NCBI GenBank assembly: GCA_964601615.1
Contig: CAZRNZ010000002.1
Span: 207,431-271,430 of the forward strand
Direction: 5' to 3'
From: an uncultured Candidatus Saccharibacteria bacterium
Lineage (GTDB): Bacteria > Patescibacteriota > Minisyncoccia > Phycocordibacterales > UBA918
Length of the DNA: 64,000 nt
Part shown: positions 18,060 to 28,435 of the stretch, one piece after another
Layout of the letters: each line of letters opens with the position of its first letter
How positions within the stretch are numbered: position 1 is the stretch's first letter
Made by a program: the position numbers and the translations under genes
Notes under the pieces: model-generated
Databases searched by the model: none
Seen by the model: only the letters and a program-made list of their open reading frames with translations
Told to the model about the DNA's origin: nothing

Positions 18060-19313
18060 TTGTTGGTTATGAATCAGAAGGCAAACCATTTTGATGTGAT
18101 TGTAGTTGGCGCTGGAGCGGCCGGTTTAATGGTGGCTGGAGTGGCAGCAGAAAGAGGAAAGAGGGTTTTGCTTTTGGAGAAAAATACCAAACCTGGATTG
18201 AAGCTCAGTATTTCTGGCGGTGGCAGATGTAATATTACAAACGCCGAAAAAGACGTGAAGAAACTTTTGTCGAATTATGGCGAAGCAGAACAGTTTTTAT
18301 ACTCAGCTTTTTCGGCGTTTGGTGTTGAAGATACCTTTAAATTTTTTGAATCAAAAGGATTGCCTTTGGTGGTAGAAAATCGTGGTAGGGCGTTTCCAGA
18401 AACTGGCAAGGCAGCTGATGTAGTAAAAATCTTGCTTAATTACGCAACTAAAAATGGTGTAGAAATAAAACTTGGCAAAGAAGTACGAAGGATTATCGGT
18501 GGTGAAAATAAAATTGAAAAAATTGTGGCCAGCGGTGGTGAATATACTGCTGATTCTTATGTGATTGCTACTGGTGGAATGTCTCATCCAGAAACTGGTT
18601 CAACAGGAGATGGTTTTGACTGGCTTCGAGAACTTGGTCATACGATAAAAAATCCAACACCAACAATTGTGCCTCTTAAGGTAAAGGATACTTGGGTAAG
18701 AGATTTGTTTGGGCGAGTTTTGACTGGTTCCAAAATTACTTTTTATGTCAACGAGAAAAAGAAATTTACAAGTACCGGAGACATTTTGCTAACTCACTTT
18801 GGTTTGTCTGGGCCGACTATTCTTAATAGTGCTGGCAAGGTGGCAGATTTGTTACATGAAGGTTTGGTAACTGCAAAAATAGATTTATTTCCTGATTTGG
18901 ATATTGGAGATTTAGATAAAAAAATCCAATCTTATTTTGAAGAAAATAAAAATAAGTCGCTCAGAAATGCCATGAGAACTTTTTTGCCAGCAGGTACATC
19001 AGAAGTATTACTTGAATTAGCCAAGGTAGATTCTGAGAAAAAAGTTCATAGTATAACTAAAGAAGAAAGGCGTGCTTTGGTAGATACTTTCAAGTCTTTG
19101 ACGGTCAGAATTTCTGGATTGATGGGTTATGACAGAGCGGTGGTAGCTGACGGTGGAGTTCCGCTAGAGGAAATGGATATGCGAACTATGCGTTCATTAC
19201 GTGTTAAAAACTTATTTATCGTTGGTGATCTACTTCACATCACTAGACCTTCTGGTGGATATTCGTTACAGCTTTGCTGGACTACGGGCTTTGTGGCTGG
19301 AAATAATGTCTAA
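18060..19313 (+). CDS. HI0933-like FAD-dependent flavoprotein (BaiN family)
   Basis: DVIVVGAGAAG dinucleotide-binding motif. 417 aa typical of the HI0933 family. Confidence 0.75.
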   Translation: MLVMNQKANHFDVIVVGAGAAGLMVAGVAAERGKRVLLLEKNTKPGLKLSISGGGRCNITNAEKDVKKLLSNYGEAEQFLYSAFSAFGVEDTFKFFESKGLPLVVENRGRAFPETGKAADVVKILLNYATKNGVEIKLGKEVRRIIGGENKIEKIVASGGEYTADSYVIATGGMSHPETGSTGDGFDWLRELGHTIKNPTPTIVPLKVKDTWVRDLFGRVLTGSKITFYVNEKKKFTSTGDILLTHFGLSGPTILNSAGKVADLLHEGLVTAKIDLFPDLDIGDLDKKIQSYFEENKNKSLRNAMRTFLPAGTSEVLLELAKVDSEKKVHSITKEERRALVDTFKSLTVRISGLMGYDRAVVADGGVPLEEMDMRTMRSLRVKNLFIVGDLLHITRPSGGYSLQLCWTTGFVAGNNV

Positions 19314-19345
19314 AACTCACTTGAGTTGGTGATATAATTTTTTAT

Positions 19346-19747
19346 ATGAATACCATAATAATTTTAGTAGGAGTCGGTGTGGCGATGGCTATTTTAGATT
19401 TTATTTGGTTTAGCGTCGCTGGGAATACTTTTAAAAAAGAAATTGGTTCTATTGCCAGAATTTCTAAAGAAGGGGAGTGGAATGTCGCTATTGTTCCGGC
19501 TGTCTTGGTTTATGTATTAATGGGAGTCGGAGTTACTTTCTTTGTTTTACCTTTATCAACCAGCTTACTATCAGCGGCATGTTTTGGTGCTTTGTTTGGT
19601 TTTGTGAGTTATGGAATTTATGACTTTACCAACCTAGCCACACTAAAAGCTTGGACAAATAAATTTGCAGCAATTGATGTTGTCTGGGGGACAATACTTT
19701 TTTCTTTAGCTTCAATGCTTGGATTTTATATGACCACTTTTATGTAG
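19346..19747 (+). CDS. Hypothetical small membrane protein
   Basis: 3-4 hydrophobic helices. 133 aa. Confidence 0.5.
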   Translation: MNTIIILVGVGVAMAILDFIWFSVAGNTFKKEIGSIARISKEGEWNVAIVPAVLVYVLMGVGVTFFVLPLSTSLLSAACFGALFGFVSYGIYDFTNLATLKAWTNKFAAIDVVWGTILFSLASMLGFYMTTFM

Positions 19748-19757
19748 GTGAGTGAGG

Positions 19758-19814
19758 AATTACCCGCCCAATAAAAAACTGGCCTTGGGCCAGTTTTTTA
19801 TTGGGCGGGTAATT
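19758..19814. terminator. Long perfect palindrome / terminator
   Basis: 27-bp arms AATTACCCGCCCAATAAAAAACTGGCC ... GGCCAGTTTTTTATTGGGCGGGTAATT. Confidence 0.65.
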
Positions 19815-19833
19815 CGTATATAATACTAACTAT

Positions 19834-20541
19834 ATGAAAATTTTTGTTTTAGTTATTTTGTTGGTGATTGTTGGTGGGGCAATGTATTGGTTTTATGTTC
19901 AACCAAAAGAAGAGTCTTTGGAAGTTACTTCTAGTGAAGAATTAGCAGAAACCACAGATGAAAGAATATCAGTTGCTTCTATGGAGACTGGCACTTATGT
20001 TGCTGATAAAAATGAATCTACTATTTCTTGGCAGGCAGGTAAGCCAGCTATTTCTGGTTATGTTCACAATGGAAATTTCAAGTTAGACAGTGGTTCAATC
20101 AATCTGACTGATGAAGATTTAACTGGAGAATTTGTGATTGATGTTAATTCATTAAAGGTTACTTCACTTGGTGGCGGAAAGGCTGGACAGGAAAGTGTGC
20201 TCGAAGGTCACTTGAAAGGTCAGGGATTTTTTAATACAGCAGAATTTCCTACTGCGACTTTTAAAATTGTAGGTATTTCTCCGAAAGTATTACCAGGACC
20301 TGGTAATACTAACTACACTGCTTCGGGTGAGCTTACTATGAAGGGGGTTACTAATTCTTTAGAATTTCCCGCCAGAGTTATTGTGGAAGAAGATGGTGAT
20401 GTTTGGTTGTTTGCAGAGTTTGACTTAGATAGAACTACTTGGGGGATAAGTATGGGTTCAGCAAAAATTGTTGAGCGAATTACAGATCAGATTATTGGAG
20501 ATGCGGTGAACTTGTCTTTGGCTATCAAGCTGACAAAATAA
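19834..20541 (+). CDS. YceI-like periplasmic polyisoprenoid-binding protein
   Basis: N-terminal TM then a YceI-like pattern (ISWQAG...HNGNFK...FFNTAEFPTATF). Confidence 0.65.
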   Translation: MKIFVLVILLVIVGGAMYWFYVQPKEESLEVTSSEELAETTDERISVASMETGTYVADKNESTISWQAGKPAISGYVHNGNFKLDSGSINLTDEDLTGEFVIDVNSLKVTSLGGGKAGQESVLEGHLKGQGFFNTAEFPTATFKIVGISPKVLPGPGNTNYTASGELTMKGVTNSLEFPARVIVEEDGDVWLFAEFDLDRTTWGISMGSAKIVERITDQIIGDAVNLSLAIKLTK

Positions 20542-20589
20542 TTTTCCACTACACAATAAAAAATAATTTTTACAAGCTGATACAATTCA

Positions 20590-20910
20590 GTGAGGAGTTT
20601 TATCTATATTAATTTAAGTAAAATCATGCTCACTAACATAGGTCTGGCAATTATAATTTTGGCTTGGCTTTATCAGCTGGTAAAGGTTTCTATTGCTGGT
20701 AATAGTATTAGATTATTGTTTCTTTGTATGTACACGGTTGGTGTTGGTTTGTTGGTGTTTGATGGATTTAATACATTTGCCGATATAACAACATTATTAA
20801 ATTTACTTTCTTTAGCGGTTGTCGTTGGCTTGGTAATTGTACTTATTTGGAAGAAAAATAATTTGTTGGTTACCAAGAAAGAGGGTGATGGCGATAGTTA
20901 TAAACTATAA
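20590..20910 (+). CDS. Hypothetical small membrane protein
   Basis: Hydrophobic 106-aa ORF; overlaps the 5' end of the tspO ORF in the track. Confidence 0.35.
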   Translation: MRSFIYINLSKIMLTNIGLAIIILAWLYQLVKVSIAGNSIRLLFLCMYTVGVGLLVFDGFNTFADITTLLNLLSLAVVVGLVIVLIWKKNNLLVTKKEGDGDSYKL

Positions 20911-20917
20911 ATTTATT

Positions 20918-21394
20918 ATGACTAAATCAAATATTTTTAAGTTAGTGATAACAATTGTTGGTGCACAAGCTGCTGGCATAATTGGTTCATTCTTTACTGT
21001 TTCTGCAATACCTGAGTGGTATGAATATCTCACTAAACCACCATTAATACCTCCTAATTGGATCTTCGCACCAGTTTGGACGGCATTATTTTTGATGATG
21101 GGTATTGCTGCTTTTATGGTTTGGCGAGAGGGCTTACATAAAAAGGATGTAAAGATTGGTATGTCTCTGTTTGTTGTTCAACTAATTTTGAATACATTCT
21201 GGTCAATTATATTTTTTGGTATGAGAGCGCCAGGTTTGGCTTTGATTGAAATATCATTTTTGTGGTTGGCAATATTGGCGACTCTAATTTATTTTTGGCG
21301 AGTATCAAAAGTTGCTGGAGTTTTGATGATCCCATACCTACTTTGGGTTACTTTTGCTGCTTATCTTAATCTGGGAGTATTTTGGTTGAATTAG
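20918..21394 (+). CDS. tspO: TspO/MBR family tryptophan-rich sensory protein
   Basis: LTKPPLIPPNWIFAPVWTALFLMMG is diagnostic of TspO. Start moved to MTKSNIF. Confidence 0.75.
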   Translation: MTKSNIFKLVITIVGAQAAGIIGSFFTVSAIPEWYEYLTKPPLIPPNWIFAPVWTALFLMMGIAAFMVWREGLHKKDVKIGMSLFVVQLILNTFWSIIFFGMRAPGLALIEISFLWLAILATLIYFWRVSKVAGVLMIPYLLWVTFAAYLNLGVFWLN

Positions 21395-21405
21395 ATTAGG
21401 TTCTT

Positions 21406-22278
21406 ATGTTCAGGGTTCTTGCTGTTATTTTGTTTATTTTTCTTGGATTGAGTGCACTTAGTGTATTTGTTGATGAAGAAGATTATTCTGTTTTAGAAAA
21501 AGAAGAATTTACTGAACATACAGAAATAGAAAATGATGCAGAAGAAAAAGTTGCTACTTTAGTAATCGAAGCAAATGAGTTGGAAGAGGTGAGTGATGGT
21601 GGTGTTTCTAGGGAGGATTCTACGTACATAGAATCCTCCCTAGAAGCTGTTCAGAAAAATACCTACAGAGTACTCTCTGTTATTGATGGAGATACTGTGA
21701 AGTTGGAAATTAATGGCAAGTCAGAAACTGTTCGATTGATTGGTTTGGATACGCCAGAAACAGTCCATCCTTCAAAACCCGTTCAGTGTTTTGGGATAGA
21801 GGCTTCGAATAAAGCAAAAGAACTTCTTTCTAATCAAGTCGTTCAGCTAGAAATTGATGAAGGTCAAGGACAGAGAGATAAGTATGGAAGAATGCTTGGT
21901 TACGTATTTCTACCGGATGGTAGAAATTATAATCTACTCATGATTGAGCAGGGTTATGCTTATGAGTATACCTATTCAACTCCGTATAGGTATCAAAAAG
22001 AATTTAGAGAAGCACAGAGGAAATCCAGGGAAAATAAAACTGGGCTCTGGGCAGATGGAGTTTGTGATGATGTTGCTGAAGAAAAAGTTTTAGGAGTTTC
22101 AAATGTTTCTTCAACTGGAAACTGGTACGTTAGCTCACATCACTCTTCACGGTTTTATTATTGTGAAGAAAGTGAAGGTTGGAAATCTCTTTCTTCACAG
22201 TATCTGAAAGTATTTAGTAGTCAGGAAGAGTTGTTAAGAAGTTTTCCTAGTCATACACTTCACAATACTTGTACATAA
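21406..22278 (+). CDS. Membrane-anchored thermonuclease (SNase-like)
   Basis: VIDGDTVKL...VRLIGLDTPE...YGRMLGYVF matches the staphylococcal nuclease fold. N-terminal TM plus acidic linker and Cys-containing C-terminal extension. Confidence 0.75.
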   Translation: MFRVLAVILFIFLGLSALSVFVDEEDYSVLEKEEFTEHTEIENDAEEKVATLVIEANELEEVSDGGVSREDSTYIESSLEAVQKNTYRVLSVIDGDTVKLEINGKSETVRLIGLDTPETVHPSKPVQCFGIEASNKAKELLSNQVVQLEIDEGQGQRDKYGRMLGYVFLPDGRNYNLLMIEQGYAYEYTYSTPYRYQKEFREAQRKSRENKTGLWADGVCDDVAEEKVLGVSNVSSTGNWYVSSHHSSRFYYCEESEGWKSLSSQYLKVFSSQEELLRSFPSHTLHNTCT

Positions 22279-22319
22279 CTAGTAAATCGTTGAATCAAAC
22301 TAGCTATAATCATTAGAGT

Positions 22320-22691
22320 ATGAAAAAAATTCAAAACTTTTTGTTGCCGTTTTCTTTTGTGGCAGCTACTTGTTTAATATTCCTTGGTGGTCTTAAAGGT
22401 GCTGAGACTTTGGAGTTGGTAGAGTTGGTTACTTATTTATCTACCACGATGGCAGGGTTTGGTTTAATTGCTTTCCAGATTGCTCATGTATCAAACTCTG
22501 TTAGAGAAGACTTTATTGAATCTAGTGTTTTGATGTTGTTAGCGGCTGTTTTTGGATTTTTTTATTTAGTTTATCCTGAGATTAGTTTTTTAAATATTAA
22601 CTTTGGTGAGGTGAGTATCTTTATCTTTTTCTGGTCACTTATATTATTTTTGTCAGTCTTGGTTTCCAAAAGGTTTAGGTCTAATAAATAA
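22320..22691 (+). CDS. Hypothetical small membrane protein
   Basis: 4 hydrophobic segments. 123 aa. Confidence 0.4.
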   Translation: MKKIQNFLLPFSFVAATCLIFLGGLKGAETLELVELVTYLSTTMAGFGLIAFQIAHVSNSVREDFIESSVLMLLAAVFGFFYLVYPEISFLNINFGEVSIFIFFWSLILFLSVLVSKRFRSNK

Positions 22692-22768
22692 TTATTACTA
22701 AATAAAACTAGTATATAATTACGCCAGCAAGGTCCACGAGACATCTGTTAAAAAATAATTATCTAAGT

Positions 22769-23605
22769 ATGGGGAAGTTTACAAATGTAGTTTTTATAAT
22801 ACTGCTTATTTTAACCGTCGTTGCAGTTTATTGGTTTGTCTTTAAAGATAAACCAGTTGTCAATAATGAATTAAAAACCTTGTCGGGGACTGTCACTTAT
22901 CGTGAAAGAATCGCCTTACCAGCAGGTTCTATTGTGACGGTGGAGATTAATGATGTGTCACGTGCAGATGCTCCTGCTCTTAATATTGCTTCAACTGAAA
23001 TTATTACTACTGGAGAAAATGTACCAATTCCTTTTGAAATAAATTACGATGCTTCTAAGTTGGATTCCAGAATGTCTTATAGCGTTTCTGCTAAAATCAT
23101 GACTGATGGTCAGCTGCGTTTTATTACTGATACACACAATTCTCTTCTAGATGAAAGTGGTAATCCAATAACATCAATTGATTTACTGTTGGTATCTGCA
23201 CATAGTCAGCTATTAAATACTTCTGATAAAGAGAATAACTTACCAGAACATCAGTCTATGAAGTTGCAGGAAAGTACTGATGAATTAAATGGTCGCAGTT
23301 ATCGTCTATACTCTATTGATGGTGAGATATTGGATAAAGAAACAAATTATATTGTAAGTTTTTCCGAAGGACGTGTGGCGGCAAAATTTTGTAACAATGT
23401 GGTAGGTGATTATATTTCTAATAATGGCATAATCAAGGGTTTGATGGTCTCTACCCTGATGTATTGTGCTTCACCGACAGATATTATGAAAATTGAAGAT
23501 CAGTTCGCTGTGATGATGAATGACGGTGCTAAATTTACAATAAATAAAAACACCTTGTCTCTTGAAAATGGAGATGGTGTTTGGGTTTTGCAATTAACTA
23601 ACTAG
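22769..23605 (+). CDS. YbaY-like lipoprotein domain + META/HslJ domain protein
   Basis: N-terminal TM. Middle region YbaY-like; C-terminal region (LNGRSYRLYSIDGE...) META-like. Confidence 0.55.
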   Translation: MGKFTNVVFIILLILTVVAVYWFVFKDKPVVNNELKTLSGTVTYRERIALPAGSIVTVEINDVSRADAPALNIASTEIITTGENVPIPFEINYDASKLDSRMSYSVSAKIMTDGQLRFITDTHNSLLDESGNPITSIDLLLVSAHSQLLNTSDKENNLPEHQSMKLQESTDELNGRSYRLYSIDGEILDKETNYIVSFSEGRVAAKFCNNVVGDYISNNGIIKGLMVSTLMYCASPTDIMKIEDQFAVMMNDGAKFTINKNTLSLENGDGVWVLQLTN

Positions 23606-23625
23606 TTTAACCATTAAGACAATTC

Positions 23626-24132
23626 ATGAAATCTTTTCAACGAACAATCATCGATATAATAATTATAGCTGTAATTGTTTCTGTAATTGTCTTTTTGTAC
23701 ACTAAATACCATGAGACTGTGAGTACTTTTGTTTTTGGAGAAAAAACCGTAGGTGTTCTAATACGTGATATTCCACTGATTGTTACTATTGCTGACTCTC
23801 CAGAAGAAAGGGCACAAGGTCTTTCAGGTATATCGTCTTTACCTGAGCGCGGCGGAAAACTATTTATTTTTGATCAACCAGGAAAATATGGTATTTGGAT
23901 GAAGGGCATGTTGATTCCTATTGATATTATTTGGATTGATGAAAATCGCGAAATTGTCCATATTGAAGAAGGAGTTAATCCTGATAGTTATCCAACTATA
24001 TACACATCTCCAATTGCAGCCAGGTTTGTTCTTGAGTTAAATGCTTTTTTTGTCAGGACTTTTAAGATAAGTGTTGGTGATAAAGTAACAATTCCGTCAA
24101 ATTATCTTCCAAATGACTTGCGTGGCATATAA
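23626..24132 (+). CDS. DUF192 (COG1430) domain protein
   Basis: GLSG...LFIFD...GIWMKGMLIPIDIIWID is typical of DUF192. Confidence 0.65.
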   Translation: MKSFQRTIIDIIIIAVIVSVIVFLYTKYHETVSTFVFGEKTVGVLIRDIPLIVTIADSPEERAQGLSGISSLPERGGKLFIFDQPGKYGIWMKGMLIPIDIIWIDENREIVHIEEGVNPDSYPTIYTSPIAARFVLELNAFFVRTFKISVGDKVTIPSNYLPNDLRGI

Positions 24133-24168
24133 TATTGTCGCCTAAGTTTAAAAAAATTAATTTATAAA

Positions 24169-24198
24169 CAATTTAAGCCCCTTTATGGGGCTTAAATT
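24169..24198 (+). terminator. Rho-independent terminator
   Basis: AATTTAAGCCCC-TTTAT-GGGGCTTAAATT hairpin. Confidence 0.65.
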
Positions 24199-24243
24199 GT
24201 GTTAATATTAGCTACAATTAAGAGAAAGTTTTATTTAGATTTT

Positions 24244-26709
24244 ATGTCAACGCAATCTTTTTTGCATCCAAGTGGAGCTGAGGGAAAAAAAGTGAGTAGT
24301 GGAGTTTCGGTCATTTTACGTCAACTGTCTGTTGTGTTTTTGATAATTTCTTGTGGTTTATTTCCAATTCTTTTTATACCTTCAGGTTTTGTTTCTTTGG
24401 GGGCTGGAAAGACAGCTTTACTAATGGGGGCAGTTTCCTTATCAATAATATTTTATATTTTCTCAATCTTAAAAGATGGTATTTTTTCTTTTAGATTACC
24501 TTTGCCAATAATTGGTCTTTGGATAATTTCTGGTATTTCAATTTTATCAGCCGTATTTTCTGGAGATTTTCGAGATTCTTTTTTTGGTAATAATCTTGAG
24601 GTGTATACAGCATTATTTTCTGTTATTGTGGCTATTGTTGCTTCAGCAATGGGTATATTTAGTAAAGGTAAATCAATACTAAATCTCTACATTGTTATGA
24701 TTGGTAGTGGAATAATTCTTTCACTTTTCCATATTGTTAGACTTTTGGCCGGTCCTGAAACTTTGTCTTTTGGCTTATGGAATTCTGCAACATTTTCCCC
24801 TTTTGGAGGCTGGAATGCTTTAGCTATTTTCTATGGTCTAGTTATTTTACTTTCTGTACTTGCTCTCAGACAACTTTCTCTAACAACAGTAGGTAAGTAC
24901 TTGATTCTTGGAGGGGTAGGACTTTCTTTGTTAATGTTGTCAGTAATAAATTTTACTACCATCTGGTGGGTGTTAGGTATTGTTGGACTGTTGTCATTGT
25001 CTAATATTGTTTTCGGTTCGTTTTGGAAGAAAACTAATACTAAAGAGGGTGGTGTCAATTTTAGAGAATATACAATTGCAGTAATTGCTGTATTGGTTTT
25101 TTCTATGTTGTTTATTGTCGCAGGGAATCGTATTGGTGGTTTTATCAATAATCAGCTAGGTGTAGCTTTTATTGAAGTTAGACCTTCTGCTGCAGCAACT
25201 CTCAGTCTTGGTAAGGAGGTTTTTAGTACAAATCCTCTCTTAGGTTTTGGTTCAAATCGCTTTACTGACGCTTGGAGACAGCACAAAGATATATCTATAA
25301 ATCAGACTGTTTTTTGGAATAGTCAGTTTGAGGCTGGTTACAGTTATGTATTTACATCTATTATAAACACTGGTCTTTTAGGACTTTTGTCTTGGTTCTT
25401 TTTCTTTGGAGCGTTTCTCTTGTATGGTTATAGATTTTTGATTAACGATACAAAAACAGATAATCTTTGGCAGTTTATTGGACTATCTTCATTTGTCTCC
25501 AGTGCATATTTTTGGTTGATTTCTATTGTCTACACCTCACCTTCGACCGTAGTTATTTTGGCAGCAATCACGACAGGAATATTTATGGTTGCTTATACAA
25601 AAACAATTCCAGGACAGATTTTCAATTTATCGTCTGAAAAAAATCGTATAAGTGGATTTATTTTGGTTGGACTATCTATTTTTGCCATTGTTGGTTTAGT
25701 GTACGGAATGTTTGTGGTTGTAAAACAGAATTATGCTGTTTATGAATTTAATAAAGCTGTTTCGACCATTAAAGAAGGTGACACACTAGTAGTGATTGAA
25801 GCTAAAATAGCTAAAGCTTTCGATGCCTTTCCTAATGATGTTTTTGCTCGCGAAATTGCTTTCTATCGTTGGTCAGAGATGAGGGGTTTACTTGGAGTTC
25901 AGGAACCAACTACTGAACAGCAACAAGCTTTTTCAGATTCTGTTACTAGGGCAATTCAAGCTGGACAGTTAGCAGTTAATTTAGATCCAACCGATCCTTA
26001 TAATCACCAGTTGCTTGGACAGATTTACTCGGTATTGGCAATTGTTGGAGTTGAAGGTGCTTCAGAGAAAGCTATTGAATCTTACGAGAATGCAAAGATT
26101 TTGGATCCACAAAATCCAATGTTCGACTTACTTAAAGCTGATTTAGAAATTCAACTTGGAAATAAGGATTCTGCTAGAATAAGTGCTGAAAATGCTGTAG
26201 TTCTAAAACCAAATTATACAGAAGCATTGTTCTTTTTAGCACAAATGGATATTAATGAAGGTAACCTTGATAGGGCTATTAGTATAGTAACTGGAGTTGC
26301 TCAACTCGAGCCACAAAATCCAGCTCGTCGTTATCAACTTGGTATTCTATTAGCTTCAAGTAATCGTCTTGATGAATCGATTTCAGCTTTTGAGCAAGCT
26401 GTTGTTCTTGATCCTCAATATGCAAATGCTCGTTACTTTTTGGCTCTCGGTTATGCAGAAAAAGGTTTAAATGATAAAGCTATAGAGCAGTTAAATATTG
26501 TAAAACAATTAAATAGTAGTAATAACGTTGTTGATGAAATAATTAAACAATTAGAAACCACAGGTTCTGTATCTACAGATTTATCTAGTCAGTCTATGAT
26601 TGATGAGCGTGATTCAGAGTCAGGAAATGTTACAAATAGAGACTTGGAAAGTGATTTGGTGACATCTTCAAATCCATTACAACAGGAAGAGACAGTTATT
26701 TTAGAATAG
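24244..26709 (+). CDS. O-antigen ligase-like polytopic membrane protein fused to C-terminal TPR repeats
   Basis: About 12 TM helices in the N-terminal half (Wzy_C/O-antigen ligase-like). TPR-like repeats after residue ~560. Start moved past the upstream terminator. Confidence 0.65.
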   Translation: MSTQSFLHPSGAEGKKVSSGVSVILRQLSVVFLIISCGLFPILFIPSGFVSLGAGKTALLMGAVSLSIIFYIFSILKDGIFSFRLPLPIIGLWIISGISILSAVFSGDFRDSFFGNNLEVYTALFSVIVAIVASAMGIFSKGKSILNLYIVMIGSGIILSLFHIVRLLAGPETLSFGLWNSATFSPFGGWNALAIFYGLVILLSVLALRQLSLTTVGKYLILGGVGLSLLMLSVINFTTIWWVLGIVGLLSLSNIVFGSFWKKTNTKEGGVNFREYTIAVIAVLVFSMLFIVAGNRIGGFINNQLGVAFIEVRPSAAATLSLGKEVFSTNPLLGFGSNRFTDAWRQHKDISINQTVFWNSQFEAGYSYVFTSIINTGLLGLLSWFFFFGAFLLYGYRFLINDTKTDNLWQFIGLSSFVSSAYFWLISIVYTSPSTVVILAAITTGIFMVAYTKTIPGQIFNLSSEKNRISGFILVGLSIFAIVGLVYGMFVVVKQNYAVYEFNKAVSTIKEGDTLVVIEAKIAKAFDAFPNDVFAREIAFYRWSEMRGLLGVQEPTTEQQQAFSDSVTRAIQAGQLAVNLDPTDPYNHQLLGQIYSVLAIVGVEGASEKAIESYENAKILDPQNPMFDLLKADLEIQLGNKDSARISAENAVVLKPNYTEALFFLAQMDINEGNLDRAISIVTGVAQLEPQNPARRYQLGILLASSNRLDESISAFEQAVVLDPQYANARYFLALGYAEKGLNDKAIEQLNIVKQLNSSNNVVDEIIKQLETTGSVSTDLSSQSMIDERDSESGNVTNRDLESDLVTSSNPLQQEETVILE

Positions 26710-26716
26710 CTAATTC

Positions 26717-28393
26717 ATGGTCAAGAAGGTATTAGATATTGTTTATAAAGAAGTACGCGGCCTACATCAGGCCGCGTATGTTCTAGCTTTGTTTGCTTTT
26801 GCTTCGCAGTTGTTAGCCTTGCTCCGAGATAGATTACTTGCACATCAGTTTGGTGCTGGGGCAGAGCTTGATATCTACTACGCAGCCTTCCGTATACCAG
26901 ATCTACTTTTTGTACTTTTTGCTTCGTCACTTTCTGTATATGTTTTGATTCCGTTTGTTTCAAAAGCTAGAGAAAAAGGTGGGGATAAAGCTGGTGGAAA
27001 ACTACTGTCTGAAGTTTTTTCAGTTTTTCTGGTTGTTTACACTTTGTTTGCAGCAATATGTTTCTTTTTAGCCCCGACATTTTTGCCGAAACTTTTTCCA
27101 GGAATTGAAGATGTAGAATCTTTGGTAATTCTAACTAGAATATTATTACTTCAGCCATTCCTGCTTGGTATTTCAAGTTTGTTTGGTGTGGTGACACAGC
27201 TGGCACACAGGTTTGTGGTTTATGCTTTGTCACCGCTTCTTTATAATATTGGAATAATTGTGGGTATCTTATTCTTATATCCAGTTTATGGTATTAGCGG
27301 ACTTGGATTTGGAGTTGTGTTCGGGGCGTTTTTACATCTTCTTGTTCAAATACCTTTAGTCTATCGTGGTGATTTAAAAATTAGCACAACACTTAGCTTT
27401 GATTTTAAGGGACTTATTTCTATATTTGCTCTATCGATTCCGCGAGCATTAACTCTATCGATGCAACAAATAGTCCTACTTATTATTGTTGGATTCGCTA
27501 GTGTAATGACTGTTGGTTCAGTTGCTATTTTCCAATTTGCTTACAACCTTCAGTCTGTGCCGTTGGCAATAATTGGTGTTTCATATTCTGTAGCAGCTTT
27601 TCCAATTCTGGCAGAATTATATTCAAAGTCTGAACATGAAAAATTTGCAGCTCACATAAATACTGCGCTTAGACATATTATCTTTTGGTCAATTCCTGCT
27701 ATCGCTTTAATTATAGTTTTGCGTGCTCAGTTGGTGCGTGTTGTGCTTGGAAGTGGTGCTTTCGACTGGGCCGATACTCGTCTTACTGCCGCTGCTCTAG
27801 CTTTATTATCTTTATCACTTTTAGCACAGGCAATTTATTTGGTTGTAATTAGAGCTTTTTATGCAGGAGGGAAAACCATGTTGCCTTTGATTGTGACTTT
27901 GATTAGTTCAGTTGTTTCAGTTGGTGCTGCTTATGGCTCATTGCAGATTTATTTAAGTAATCAGTCTGTGCAAGATTTTGTTGTTTCATTCTTGAGACTT
28001 GAGGGGATTGGTTCGGGTTCAGAAGTCTTAGCTTTAGCTTTTGGTTATTCAATATCACTGATTATTCAGGCAGTCATTATTACGTTTTGTATGAGTAAAG
28101 TATTTTCTATAAAACTAAGACCTATATTAAGACCATTGATACATTCTTTTTGTGCAGCAACTGTTGGTGGTTTGGCTGCGTATGCAACCCTTAACTTTGT
28201 GGTTGAAGGTATCGATCAAGAAAGATTTGTTGGTATATTAATTCAAGGTGCAATTGCAGGAGTGGTTGGTGTGGCAGGAATAATTGTTACATATGCTTAC
28301 TTCCGTAGTCCGGAATTAAATGAAATTTACTCATCTTTTCATAAAAAAATTCTTAAAACTGATGTTGTTGCTCCACAAGAAGAGGTTATGTAA
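26717..28393 (+). CDS. murJ: Lipid II flippase MurJ/MviN
   Basis: N-terminus matches the MurJ consensus (AAFRIPDLLF); 14-TM topology; 558 aa. Confidence 0.85.
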   Translation: MVKKVLDIVYKEVRGLHQAAYVLALFAFASQLLALLRDRLLAHQFGAGAELDIYYAAFRIPDLLFVLFASSLSVYVLIPFVSKAREKGGDKAGGKLLSEVFSVFLVVYTLFAAICFFLAPTFLPKLFPGIEDVESLVILTRILLLQPFLLGISSLFGVVTQLAHRFVVYALSPLLYNIGIIVGILFLYPVYGISGLGFGVVFGAFLHLLVQIPLVYRGDLKISTTLSFDFKGLISIFALSIPRALTLSMQQIVLLIIVGFASVMTVGSVAIFQFAYNLQSVPLAIIGVSYSVAAFPILAELYSKSEHEKFAAHINTALRHIIFWSIPAIALIIVLRAQLVRVVLGSGAFDWADTRLTAAALALLSLSLLAQAIYLVVIRAFYAGGKTMLPLIVTLISSVVSVGAAYGSLQIYLSNQSVQDFVVSFLRLEGIGSGSEVLALAFGYSISLIIQAVIITFCMSKVFSIKLRPILRPLIHSFCAATVGGLAAYATLNFVVEGIDQERFVGILIQGAIAGVVGVAGIIVTYAYFRSPELNEIYSSFHKKILKTDVVAPQEEVM

Positions 28394-28435
28394 ATTGATG
28401 TCTCAATTGACATTTTATGGTACAGTAGGCGCGAA

